Made by a program: the position numbers and the translations under genes. From contig JBILVO010000001.1 of the NCBI GenBank assembly GCA_044370415.1, positions 819-64,818 on the forward strand: DNA of 64,000 nt. The letters run 5' to 3'. Shown here piece after piece: positions 49,708 through 59,191 of the stretch. The notes beneath the pieces were generated by a model. That model saw nothing but the letters and a program-made list of their open reading frames with translations, made no database searches and was not told the origin of the DNA. Position 1 is the stretch's first letter, and every line of letters starts with the position of its first letter. Source of the stretch: Pirellulales bacterium (lineage in GTDB: Bacteria; Planctomycetota; Planctomycetia; Pirellulales; UBA1268).

Positions 49708-52700
49708 ATGGCGATGAGTGTGGTGGCCGTTGCCGCCCGCTCCGCGTCCGCGAACTTCGAGGAGCCGCGCGTGCGCCAGTCGACGTTGGGTCTTTTTCGC
49801 AATCGCAACCGCCGCACCGCCCGCCACCGCGACACCCGGGAGCGCCGGTTCGAACGGCTCGAGAGCCGCGCCGTGCTGGCCACGTTCACCGTGAGCAGCC
49901 TCGCCGATGCCGGGCAGGGATCGCTGCGGCAGGCGGTGCTCGACGCGAACGCCACCCGTGATGCCGACGTGATCGAATTCGAGGTGTCGGGCACGATCAC
50001 CCTGAAGACGGCGCTGCCGGCCGTGACGGCACCCCTCGCAATCGATGGCACGACGGCGCCCGAGTTCAATGAAGCGCCGCTGGTGGCCGTCGATTTCGGC
50101 AGACGTGCCGGCCTGCAGTTCGCCCCGGGCAGCGACGGATCGGTCGTGCAGTCGCTCTACCTGTCGAACGCTGCCGGCGCCGGGGTCACGCTCAACGCCT
50201 CACGGATCACGCTCACCGACAACTTCATCTTTGGCAACACCGGCGACGGCGTGCGGATCAACCCCAAATCCGTCGGCAACACCATCGGCAACGTCGATCC
50301 GGTCCGCGCCATCGATTACTTCACCGCGGACGGCGTCTCGATCGGTACTGAAAAGGTCGCGGTCGCCGCCTGGCAAGGGATCACACTCTCGGAAACCGAC
50401 GGCCAGTATCTGCTCGCCGGCACCCTGGCATCCAGCACCGACGGCATCGTCTACGACGGGCCGATCGACGACATGACCGGCACCGGCTACCGCGTCAGCC
50501 TGCCGGGCGAGGCGAAGAAAGCAAACGTTTTCGACGTGGATCGCCTCGAGACCGGCGACGTGCGGGTGGTGGGCGGCGGCACGTTGTTGTTGGTCGAGAC
50601 GCGCGGATTCTTCTACGAGGGGCCTCTGTCCGAGGAAGGCTTCGCGGATGCCGACAACTACCGCGACCTGGTGCTGCCGGGCGACCCGAAGTTCGTCACC
50701 GCATACGGCACGGGCGGCAATCTGATCGTGGGCGACTACGGCGCCAGCCCGACGTTCACCGGCGCGAGCCGGGCATTCATCTACGACGTTGCCGACGTCG
50801 CCCAGGCCGTATACGTGACCGATGTCGCCTATCCGGGGGCCGTCAGCACGGCGGTCCGCGGCATCTGGCACAACGGCGACAGCAGCTACACGATCTGCGG
50901 CAGCTACTCGGCGCAGGCGACCAACAACTTCCGCGACAACAGCACCCCGCTCGGACAGGCCTTCCTGGTCGACTACGATTCCGAAACCGGCCTGTTCTCC
51001 AACTGGCAGACGTTCGCCAACCCGGCTGACACCAGCGCAGCCGCGCAATTCCAGTCGATCAGCAGCGTCGAGACCGGCTGTTACACGATCGGCGCGACCT
51101 CCGTCGCCGCAGCGGCCGGTTCGAACCTCTCAGGCGCTTTCGTGACCGTCAGCCGCAATGCCGACGGCACGTTCGGCGACGCGACATGGACGACCATCGC
51201 GGACCCCGACGCCACGAAGGGCACCGCCGCCATGGCGGTCTACGGCAACCAGGTCGTCGGATCCGCGAACGACGGCGGGCTGATCAACTACGCCTACCAG
51301 GCGACGGTCGACCTGGGTTTCCAGCGGTCGAACGTGATCTCCGGCAACGGGGGCAACGGCATCAGCATCTACGGCTCCGTCGACAACCGGATCGCGATGA
51401 ACTTCATCGGCACCGACGCGACCGGCCTGCGTGCCGAGCCCAACAAGCTCAACGGCATTTTAGTGACGTCACGGGCGGCCCGGAACATCATCGGCGGCGA
51501 GGTTTCGGCCGGGAACGATCCGACGCAGGCCAGCGGCTTCGTGCGGCCGGCGCTGTCCAACCTGATCTCCGGCAACAAGCAAAACGGCGTCCTCATCACC
51601 GGCGGAGCCACAGCCACCACCCTCAGCGGCAACTTCATCGGCACCGACGTGTCCGGCAACGCGCCGCAGGGGAACGGCCTGGACGGCGTGGCGATCGTGG
51701 GTGCCAATGGCAATCGGCTGATCGGCAGCGGCGCACGGCAGAACGCGTTCGCCTTCTTCAACGTCATCGGCGGCAACGCGGGCAACGGCCTGCGGATCAC
51801 CAACTCGAACAACACCACGGTTCAGGGCAACTTCCTCGGCCTCGGCGCGAACAACAAGTCGGACGTGGGCAACGGCGGTGATGGCCTGCTCATTTCGGGC
51901 CGGTCGACGAACACGCAGGTGGGCGGCGCGGGTTCGAACCCCGTCGCCGCGGGCATCCCCGACGAGGTCGACAGCCTGCTGCTGGGCCCGCTCACCAACG
52001 TCACCTCCGGCAACAACCGGCATGGCATCGAGGTGCGGGACCGATCCGGTGGAGTGGTCATCACCAACCTGTTCAGCGGCACGCAGGCCTTCGGCCCGAC
52101 CGCGGTGCCCAACAACCTCGACGGCATCCTCGTCACGGCAACCGGCGGCAACATCCTCGTGTTCGGCGCCATCATCGGCGGCAATCTTGCCAATGGCATC
52201 GAGATCACCGGCGTCGCGAGCGGCGTGCAGGTGCTGAACGCCGCGATCGGCACCACCGTCGACTTCGACACCTATGAGACCGATGTCGCCGTTCCCAACG
52301 CCCGCAGCGGCATCCTGATCAGCAGCCGAGCCCGCGGCAACGCCATCGGCGGCTTCCAGCCCGCTGAAAATGGCGACGTGTATGTCTCCGGCAACGGCCG
52401 CTACGGCATCGAGATCATTGGGCGGGCGAACAACAACCGCATCGTCAACAGCACGATCGGCGCGGGCATCCTCGGGGAGACCGTGGCCAACGGCCTCGGC
52501 GGCATCTCCCTCGCCGCCGGCACGGCCAGCACCACGATCGGCGGCGAACCGGCGGACCCGGTCGCGTCACCGCAGGTGCTGGCAAACAAGATTTCCGGAA
52601 ACCAGGGCGCCGGGATCACGGTGATCTCGTCACGCGGCAACAGGATCCTGGGGAACCAGATCTTCCAAAACACCGCGGCGGGGATCGTGCTCAGCGGCGC

Positions 52701-53037
52701 CCTGAACAACCAGGTCGGTTCCGCGACGGGCGGCAACACGATCTATGGCAACCAGACCAGCGGCGTCTTCGTGACGGGAAATTCCCAGGGCACGACGATC
52801 GCCGGCAACTCGATCCAGTCGAACGGTCAAAACGGCCTGATGCTCAGCGCGGCCACCCGGGCCGTCTGCGGCGGAACAACCGACCAGTCGATCAACACCG
52901 TGGTCACGAACGGGGGCTTCGGCATCTACGCGGTCGGGAACTGCGCGGGCACGAAGCTGCTGCGGAACGTGGTCGCGGCCAACAAGCTGGGCCAGGTTTC
53001 CCTCGGCTCGGCGTCCGGCATCATCCAGGCCGGATGA
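49708..53037 (+). CDS. Large secreted right-handed parallel beta-helix repeat protein (1109 aa)
   Basis: N-terminal ..RRFERLESRAVLATFTV.. motif. Dozens of ~22-aa repeats of the type ..N.I.GN...GI.I... Confidence 0.8.
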   Translation: MAMSVVAVAARSASANFEEPRVRQSTLGLFRNRNRRTARHRDTRERRFERLESRAVLATFTVSSLADAGQGSLRQAVLDANATRDADVIEFEVSGTITLKTALPAVTAPLAIDGTTAPEFNEAPLVAVDFGRRAGLQFAPGSDGSVVQSLYLSNAAGAGVTLNASRITLTDNFIFGNTGDGVRINPKSVGNTIGNVDPVRAIDYFTADGVSIGTEKVAVAAWQGITLSETDGQYLLAGTLASSTDGIVYDGPIDDMTGTGYRVSLPGEAKKANVFDVDRLETGDVRVVGGGTLLLVETRGFFYEGPLSEEGFADADNYRDLVLPGDPKFVTAYGTGGNLIVGDYGASPTFTGASRAFIYDVADVAQAVYVTDVAYPGAVSTAVRGIWHNGDSSYTICGSYSAQATNNFRDNSTPLGQAFLVDYDSETGLFSNWQTFANPADTSAAAQFQSISSVETGCYTIGATSVAAAAGSNLSGAFVTVSRNADGTFGDATWTTIADPDATKGTAAMAVYGNQVVGSANDGGLINYAYQATVDLGFQRSNVISGNGGNGISIYGSVDNRIAMNFIGTDATGLRAEPNKLNGILVTSRAARNIIGGEVSAGNDPTQASGFVRPALSNLISGNKQNGVLITGGATATTLSGNFIGTDVSGNAPQGNGLDGVAIVGANGNRLIGSGARQNAFAFFNVIGGNAGNGLRITNSNNTTVQGNFLGLGANNKSDVGNGGDGLLISGRSTNTQVGGAGSNPVAAGIPDEVDSLLLGPLTNVTSGNNRHGIEVRDRSGGVVITNLFSGTQAFGPTAVPNNLDGILVTATGGNILVFGAIIGGNLANGIEITGVASGVQVLNAAIGTTVDFDTYETDVAVPNARSGILISSRARGNAIGGFQPAENGDVYVSGNGRYGIEIIGRANNNRIVNSTIGAGILGETVANGLGGISLAAGTASTTIGGEPADPVASPQVLANKISGNQGAGITVISSRGNRILGNQIFQNTAAGIVLSGALNNQVGSATGGNTIYGNQTSGVFVTGNSQGTTIAGNSIQSNGQNGLMLSAATRAVCGGTTDQSINTVVTNGGFGIYAVGNCAGTKLLRNVVAANKLGQVSLGSASGIIQAG

Positions 53038-53107
53038 TCGGAGCGACCGGGCCGACCCCCGCGCCGCATGCGGGAACCCGGATGCGTCCTGGCAATGCGT
53101 CCTCGCA

Positions 53108-53145
53108 GGCCGTGGAAGGCTTTTTCCAAAAGCCAGTGAGAGACC
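53108..53145 (+). repeat. Possible degenerate/truncated relative of the 122-bp repeat
   Basis: GGCCGTGGAAGGCTTTTTCCAAAAGCCAGTGAGAG shares the GGCCGTGGAA 5' end and the GGC(C)TTTTTCCA arm with the full copies. Confidence 0.3.
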
Positions 53146-53260
53146 CCTGTCTAGATCGCATTCGACGTACGTTTAGTACCGGCTCGGAGGCGGCAAAAGT
53201 CTCGTCGCGTGGGCCGCGGCGGCCCACAGCTCCTCGAGCCCCTTTTCTAGAGCCTCTTTT

Positions 53261-54277
<1,017 letters not shown>

Positions 54278-54287
54278 GGGGAATCTC

Positions 54288-54349
54288 CTGGGGAGTAACT
54301 CTGGGGAGTAAAGCTGGGGCGTGTGTCTGCTGCGTGAATCTGGGGCGTG
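54288..54349 (-). promoter_or_regulatory. Four copies of AC(G/T)CCCCAG at 13/13/26-nt spacing in the gap leader
   Basis: Plus strand CTGGGGAGT at 54288 and 54301, and CTGGGGCGT at 54314 and 54340. The proximal copy overlaps the SD. Confidence 0.35.
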
Positions 54350-54546
54350 AATACGGACGTGCGGTGCGGCCCGGGGCGAGACGACTCCCGCGACGGGCGG
54401 ACGCTCGACTGACGCTCCGGGCGGCGGAATATACACCGCCCAGCCACGGCCGCTCAAACATCGGTCTGAAAAGCCGGTTTTGACTGCGAGCGGCCGGCGT
54501 GGGCTACGATGCATACTGTGATTCGCACCCCGCTGCCCCAGTCGTG

Positions 54547-55227
54547 ATGCCCGCCCCCGTCATCGAACTCGTCGATGTCCGCAAGTCGTTCGCCATGCCG
54601 GGAGGCGAGCGGGTCGACATCCTCGACGTCCCGGCCTTCAGCCTGGCCGCCGGCGAGCACTGCGCGCTGGAGGGACGCAGCGGGTCTGGCAAGTCGACGC
54701 TCCTGAACGTCGTGTCGGGCATCATGCGGCCGGACTCCGGCCGCGTGCTCATCGACGGGATCGACGTCACCCGCCTCGACGAGCCGCGCCGCGATCGCGT
54801 GCGGGCCGACAAGCTGGGGCTGGTGTTCCAACAGTTCAACCTGCTGCCGGGATTCACGGCCCTCGAGAACGTGCTCGTGGCGATGTCGTTCGGCTCCGGC
54901 CGCCCCGACCGCCGGCGGGCGGAGCGGCTGCTCGAGGCCGTCGGCCTGGGCCACAGGCTCGACCACAAGCCGGCGGCCCTGAGCGTGGGCCAGCAACAGC
55001 GGGTGGCCGTGGCGCGGGCCCTGGCCAACAGCCCGCGGGCGGTCCTCGCCGACGAGCCGACCGCGAGCATCGACCCGGCCCACCAGCAGCAGGTGATCGA
55101 CCTGCTGCGGAACACCTGCACGGAGCAGGGGGTGGCGCTGCTGGTCGTCACGCACGACGACGACGTCGCGGGGCAGTTTCCGCGGCGGGTGCGGCTGGAG
55201 GACTTCAACCGCGCCGCCAGGGTCTGA
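54547..55227 (+). CDS. ABC transporter ATP-binding protein (MacB/LolD/FtsE-like)
   Basis: Walker A GRSGSGKST, signature LSVGQQQRVAVARAL, Walker B/H-loop LLVVTHD. Start is ATG 54547 (GTG 54499/54544 also possible). Confidence 0.9.
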   Translation: MPAPVIELVDVRKSFAMPGGERVDILDVPAFSLAAGEHCALEGRSGSGKSTLLNVVSGIMRPDSGRVLIDGIDVTRLDEPRRDRVRADKLGLVFQQFNLLPGFTALENVLVAMSFGSGRPDRRRAERLLEAVGLGHRLDHKPAALSVGQQQRVAVARALANSPRAVLADEPTASIDPAHQQQVIDLLRNTCTEQGVALLVVTHDDDVAGQFPRRVRLEDFNRAARV

Positions 55228-55487
55228 TACGGCTCGTACACGGATACCATGTGAACCTCACGTATCGGAGATCCCTGATACCACCATCGAGGCAGGGGTG
55301 GCCCAGGCCCGCAGGGCCGGAGCGAACGTCAAGCGACGGGGCATGGGCCACCCCGGCCCCCCCGTCGAGCACCTGCAAACCGTTTTCAGTGATCACGAAA
55401 CGAAGCGGTGCCAGGTCGTCTGCTTGATGAACCACACATAAAACCCAGCCAGATCAACCACACCCACCCCGCCATGACAGTCCTCCC
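55228..55487 (+). other. 260-nt lower-G+C spacer between ABC ATPase and permease, with nested inverted repeats and GATACC direct repeats
   Basis: GTGGCCCA (55298-55305) / TGGGCCAC (55344-55351) enclose GGCCC-GCA-GGGCC (55306-55318). GATACCA at 55243 and 55276, GATACGG at 55226. The 5-codon uORF ATGACAGTCCTCCCATGA overlaps the permease ATG. Confidence 0.5.
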
Positions 55488-56837
55488 ATGACCCTCCTCG
55501 GCATCGCCTGGCGCAACATCCGGCAGCGGCTGCTCACCAGCGGGCTGACCGCGCTCTCGCTGGCGCTGGGCGTCGCGCTCGTCGTGGCCACACTCGTCAC
55601 GGCCGGCATCGTCAAGCAGGCCTTCGAGTCGGGCTCGGGCCTCGGCTACAACATGATCATCGGGGCGAAGGGGAGCCCGCTGCAGCTGGTCCTCAACAGC
55701 GTCTATCTGATCAGCAAGCCGATCGAGAACATCTCCTGGGACTTCTACCAGCAGTTCCTGCCGGCGGCGGCACGGCCCGACGGCACCGACGGCACCTACG
55801 CCTCCAGCACGAAGACGGCCGTGCCGATCTGCATGGGGGACTATTTCCGCGGCTTCCGCGTGATCGGCACCAACGCCTCCTACTTCGACCGGCTCACCGT
55901 CGGCGACGGACGGCCGTTCGCGTTCTCAGCGGGCCGCAACTTCCGCGATGACGAGTTCTTCGGCGGCGTGCTCGGCGCGACCGTGGCAACGCGGCTGGGC
56001 CTGCGGGCCGGCGACTCCTTCGCGCCCACCCACGGCGCCGACGACGGCAAGGTGCACGACCCCTTTACCGTCATCGGGATCCTGGCCCGCACCGACACGC
56101 CCGTCGACCGCGGCGTCTTCGTGAACATGGAGGGCTTCTATCTGCAGGATGGCCACGCGAAGCCGGTGGAAGGGGCGGAGGACGCTCCGACGCCGGCCGC
56201 AGGCGGGCAGCCGTCCGCCTCGGGCCACGTGCCGCTGCCGTTCGCGCAGCGCGAGGTCACGGCGATCCTCGTGGAGACAGCGTCGCTGCCGGGGATGCCC
56301 GGCATGCCCGACCTGCCCGCGGAGCTCACCGCCATGGGCCTGCGGACCGCCATCAACGAGGGCCGCGACGGCCAGGCCGCGGAACCCGTCCGCGAGATCC
56401 GCCAGCTGCTGGATCTCTTCGTGCGGCCCATGGAGCTCCTGCTGCTGCTGGTGACGGCGCTGGTCGTCGTGGTCTCGGCGATCGGCATCCTCGTGAGCAT
56501 GGTGGGCTCGTCGCTGGAGCGCAGTCGGGACGTGGCCATCATGCGGGCGCTCGGTGCCCGGCGGTCGCACGTGCTCGCCGTGGTGCTCATCGAGGCGGTG
56601 CTCCTGGCGGTGGGGGGCGGCCTCGCCGGATGGCTGCTCGGGCACCTGCTGGTGGGGGCTATCTCGCCGCTGATCACGACCAACGCCGGCGTCTCGGCCA
56701 GCGTGCTCTCTGCGGCGCCGGGGGCCGAGCTGCTCCTGGTGCCGTTCCTCGTGGCACTGGCGATTCTCGCCGCCCTCCTCCCGGCCGTGGTGGCCTATAG
56801 GACCGACGTCGCCAAGTGGCTCCAGGGCGGGTCGTGA
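55488..56837 (+). CDS. ABC transporter permease, FtsX/MacB type (4 TM with large periplasmic domain)
   Basis: N-terminal TM, a ~270-aa extracytoplasmic domain, and a C-terminal FtsX-like 3-TM bundle (..AIMRALGARRSHVLAVVLIEAVLLAVGGGLAG..). Confidence 0.85.
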   Translation: MTLLGIAWRNIRQRLLTSGLTALSLALGVALVVATLVTAGIVKQAFESGSGLGYNMIIGAKGSPLQLVLNSVYLISKPIENISWDFYQQFLPAAARPDGTDGTYASSTKTAVPICMGDYFRGFRVIGTNASYFDRLTVGDGRPFAFSAGRNFRDDEFFGGVLGATVATRLGLRAGDSFAPTHGADDGKVHDPFTVIGILARTDTPVDRGVFVNMEGFYLQDGHAKPVEGAEDAPTPAAGGQPSASGHVPLPFAQREVTAILVETASLPGMPGMPDLPAELTAMGLRTAINEGRDGQAAEPVREIRQLLDLFVRPMELLLLLVTALVVVVSAIGILVSMVGSSLERSRDVAIMRALGARRSHVLAVVLIEAVLLAVGGGLAGWLLGHLLVGAISPLITTNAGVSASVLSAAPGAELLLVPFLVALAILAALLPAVVAYRTDVAKWLQGGS

Positions 56838-56878
56838 GCCGTCGCGAACGCCGGCGTGCCAGCCGCTACAATGCCGGG

Positions 56879-58474
56879 ATGCACACACAGCTGCCACGCC
56901 GCCGCCTGCCGCCGCTCTCCTTCCGGTTCCGGGCCGTGCTCACAGTGGCGACCGTCGCGGCGGTCGCGGCCGGGCGGATGGAGCCGCTGGCGGCCTGTCC
57001 GTTCTGCTCGGCCGTGTCGCTGACGTTCGCGCAGGAGATTGCCCAGAGCCAGACGGCCGTCATCGGCAGGCTCGTCGAGCAGCCGCCGGCCGGCTCGCTG
57101 TCGCCGCGGGCGGAGGGGCCGTTGCCGAAGGGCAAGTTCGCCGTGGTCGAGGTACTCAAGGGTGCGGACCTGGTCGCCGAGGCCGGCCATACGGCCGACG
57201 GGCCGCCGATCGAGACGATCCTCCTGGAGAACAAGCCCGTCGGCTCGCTCTTCCTGCTCCTGGGCATCGAGCCGCCGAAGCTCATCTGGTCGAGCCCGAT
57301 CCCGGTGAGCGACCGCGCCGTCGAGTATCTCAGGAAGCTCGGGCCGCTTCCCGAGAAGGGGCCCGACCGCCTGGCCTTCTTCCAGCAGCACCTCGAGGAT
57401 CCCGACGAGACGCTCGCCCGGGACGCCTACGACGAGTTCGCCGTCGCGCCCTACAGCGACGTTCGCGGGCTCGCCGACCGCATGGATCCCTCGCAACTCC
57501 TGGCCTGGATCGAGAACCCGAAGGTGCAGGCGAACCGGCGCAGGCTCTACGCCACGATGCTCGGGGCCTGCGGCACCAAGGCCGACGCCGATCGCATCGG
57601 CAGGATCCTGGCCAACACCGATCCCGGGCCGGAGAAGAACGAGGTCCGCAGCGGCCTCGACGCGCTCATCGCCTGCTACGTGACGCTCCGCGGGCCCGAG
57701 GGCCTCGACCTCGTCGACGAGCTGTTCCTCGACCGGCGCGGCCGGGACGTCCCGTTCACGGAGACCTACGCGGCGGTGATGGCGCTGCGGTTCCTCGGCG
57801 AGGAGTCGGACAGCGTGCCACGCGACCGCGTGCTCCGGTCGCTGCGGCTGTTGCTGGCCGAGCCGAAGCTCGCCGACCTCGTGATCGCGGACCTGGCACG
57901 CTGGCAGGACTGGTCGGTGATCGACCGGCTCGTCGAGCTCTTCGAGAAGGCCGAGGCCGACAACATCTTCGTCCGCGAGCCGATCGTGAACTACCTGCGG
58001 GCCTGCCCGCTGCCGGCGGCGGCGGCGGCGATCACGAAGCTGGAGAAGGTCGACCCCGAGGCGGTCCGCCGCGCAGCGACCCTGGCGGCGTTCTCCGGGG
58101 CGATCGGTCCCAAACCCGCCGGCACCACGGCGGCCGCACCGCAGGACGCAGACCCCGGCGATCCGGCCGCGGTGGCGCCCGCCACGCCGCCCGCCACGCC
58201 GCCCGCCGCGGCCCAGGGCACGCCCCCCGCGGCAACGCCGGAGGAGATGGCCGTCGCAGCGAGAATCCCCGCGGTACTCGCCGACGAGGAGGCGACCGAC
58301 GAGACCCCGGGCATCGACCCGTCGCGGCCTGCGGCCACCGCGAAGGCCGCCCCGGCGGAGCCGCGCGGAGCGAGCGGAATCAGGTGGGCCATCTGGGCGG
58401 CGATCGTCCTCGCGATCGGGCTGTGTTCCCGCGCGGCCCTGCGGGCGGGTGGCGCGGGCTCGTTGGGCCGCTAG
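56879..58474 (+). CDS. Signal-peptide CPFC-motif helical-repeat (HEAT-like) protein with Pro/Ala-rich linker and C-terminal TM helix
   Basis: ATG 56879. ..AAGRMEPLAACPFCSAVSLTF.. right after the signal/anchor. Clear paralogue of 62740..63921. Confidence 0.7.
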   Translation: MHTQLPRRRLPPLSFRFRAVLTVATVAAVAAGRMEPLAACPFCSAVSLTFAQEIAQSQTAVIGRLVEQPPAGSLSPRAEGPLPKGKFAVVEVLKGADLVAEAGHTADGPPIETILLENKPVGSLFLLLGIEPPKLIWSSPIPVSDRAVEYLRKLGPLPEKGPDRLAFFQQHLEDPDETLARDAYDEFAVAPYSDVRGLADRMDPSQLLAWIENPKVQANRRRLYATMLGACGTKADADRIGRILANTDPGPEKNEVRSGLDALIACYVTLRGPEGLDLVDELFLDRRGRDVPFTETYAAVMALRFLGEESDSVPRDRVLRSLRLLLAEPKLADLVIADLARWQDWSVIDRLVELFEKAEADNIFVREPIVNYLRACPLPAAAAAITKLEKVDPEAVRRAATLAAFSGAIGPKPAGTTAAAPQDADPGDPAAVAPATPPATPPAAAQGTPPAATPEEMAVAARIPAVLADEEATDETPGIDPSRPAATAKAAPAEPRGASGIRWAIWAAIVLAIGLCSRAALRAGGAGSLGR

Positions 58475-58483
58475 GAGCCTGCG

Positions 58484-59191
58484 GTGGACACAGGGACTTC
58501 TCGCATGGCCGCAGGACTCTCCGATCCCGTCCACGATGCGGCCGGCGAGGCTCCCGAGGACCGCTACCGCGCGGTCGCCGGGGCGGCGATCGCGGCCGCC
58601 GCTGCGGCCCTGCTCTCCCCGCTGGCCTTCATCGACTTCGCCCTGGCGGCGGTGCCGCTGCTCGGCGTCGTGCTCGGGCTGGTGGCGCTACGGACGATCG
58701 CCAGCCGGCCCGACGAGCTCATCGGCCGCGGTCTCGCGATCGCGGCGATCGCGGTGTCGGCGGTGTCGCTCGTGGCGGGGCTCGGCACCGTCTCGCTCCG
58801 CTACGCCCGCGAGCTTCCCGAGGGCTACGAGCGGATCGATTACGGGCTCCTGCAGCCGCTGGCCGGGGACCCGGCCGACGCCATCCCCGATACGGCCCGG
58901 GAACTCGACGGTCGCAGCGTGCTGCTCAAGGGCTACATGTATCCCGGCAAGCAGCAGCACGGGATCACGCAGTTCCTGCTCGTGCGGGACCAGGGCGACT
59001 GCTGCTTCGGCGGCAATCCCAAGATCACCGATCGCGTGCTCGTGCAGCTCGACGATCCCGCCCACCCCAAGGGCATCGACTTCTCGCCGCGGCTCACGAA
59101 GATCGCCGGGAAATTCGTCGTCCGTCCCACGATCTCCCCGGGGCTCGACGGCGGCGTGCTCTATCACCTCGAGGCCGCTTTTGTCCGCTAG
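58484..59191 (+). CDS. Membrane protein: N-terminal 2-TM region plus C-terminal DUF3299-like domain with CC motif
   Basis: GTG 58484 lies 6 nt after AGGAG. C-terminal LDGRSVLLKGYMYPGKQQHGITQFLLVRDQGDCCFGG. Confidence 0.7.
   Translation: MDTGTSRMAAGLSDPVHDAAGEAPEDRYRAVAGAAIAAAAAALLSPLAFIDFALAAVPLLGVVLGLVALRTIASRPDELIGRGLAIAAIAVSAVSLVAGLGTVSLRYARELPEGYERIDYGLLQPLAGDPADAIPDTARELDGRSVLLKGYMYPGKQQHGITQFLLVRDQGDCCFGGNPKITDRVLVQLDDPAHPKGIDFSPRLTKIAGKFVVRPTISPGLDGGVLYHLEAAFVR

Noticed and set aside
55205-55435. 76-aa minus-strand ORF and a 61-codon GTG-initiated plus-strand ORF (from 55251) in the ABC spacer
   Set aside because: Both use codons that are rare for this genome (aga, ata, cca, tca). 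They have weaker G/C third-position bias, no SD and no recognisable features. The region is more plausibly non-coding.
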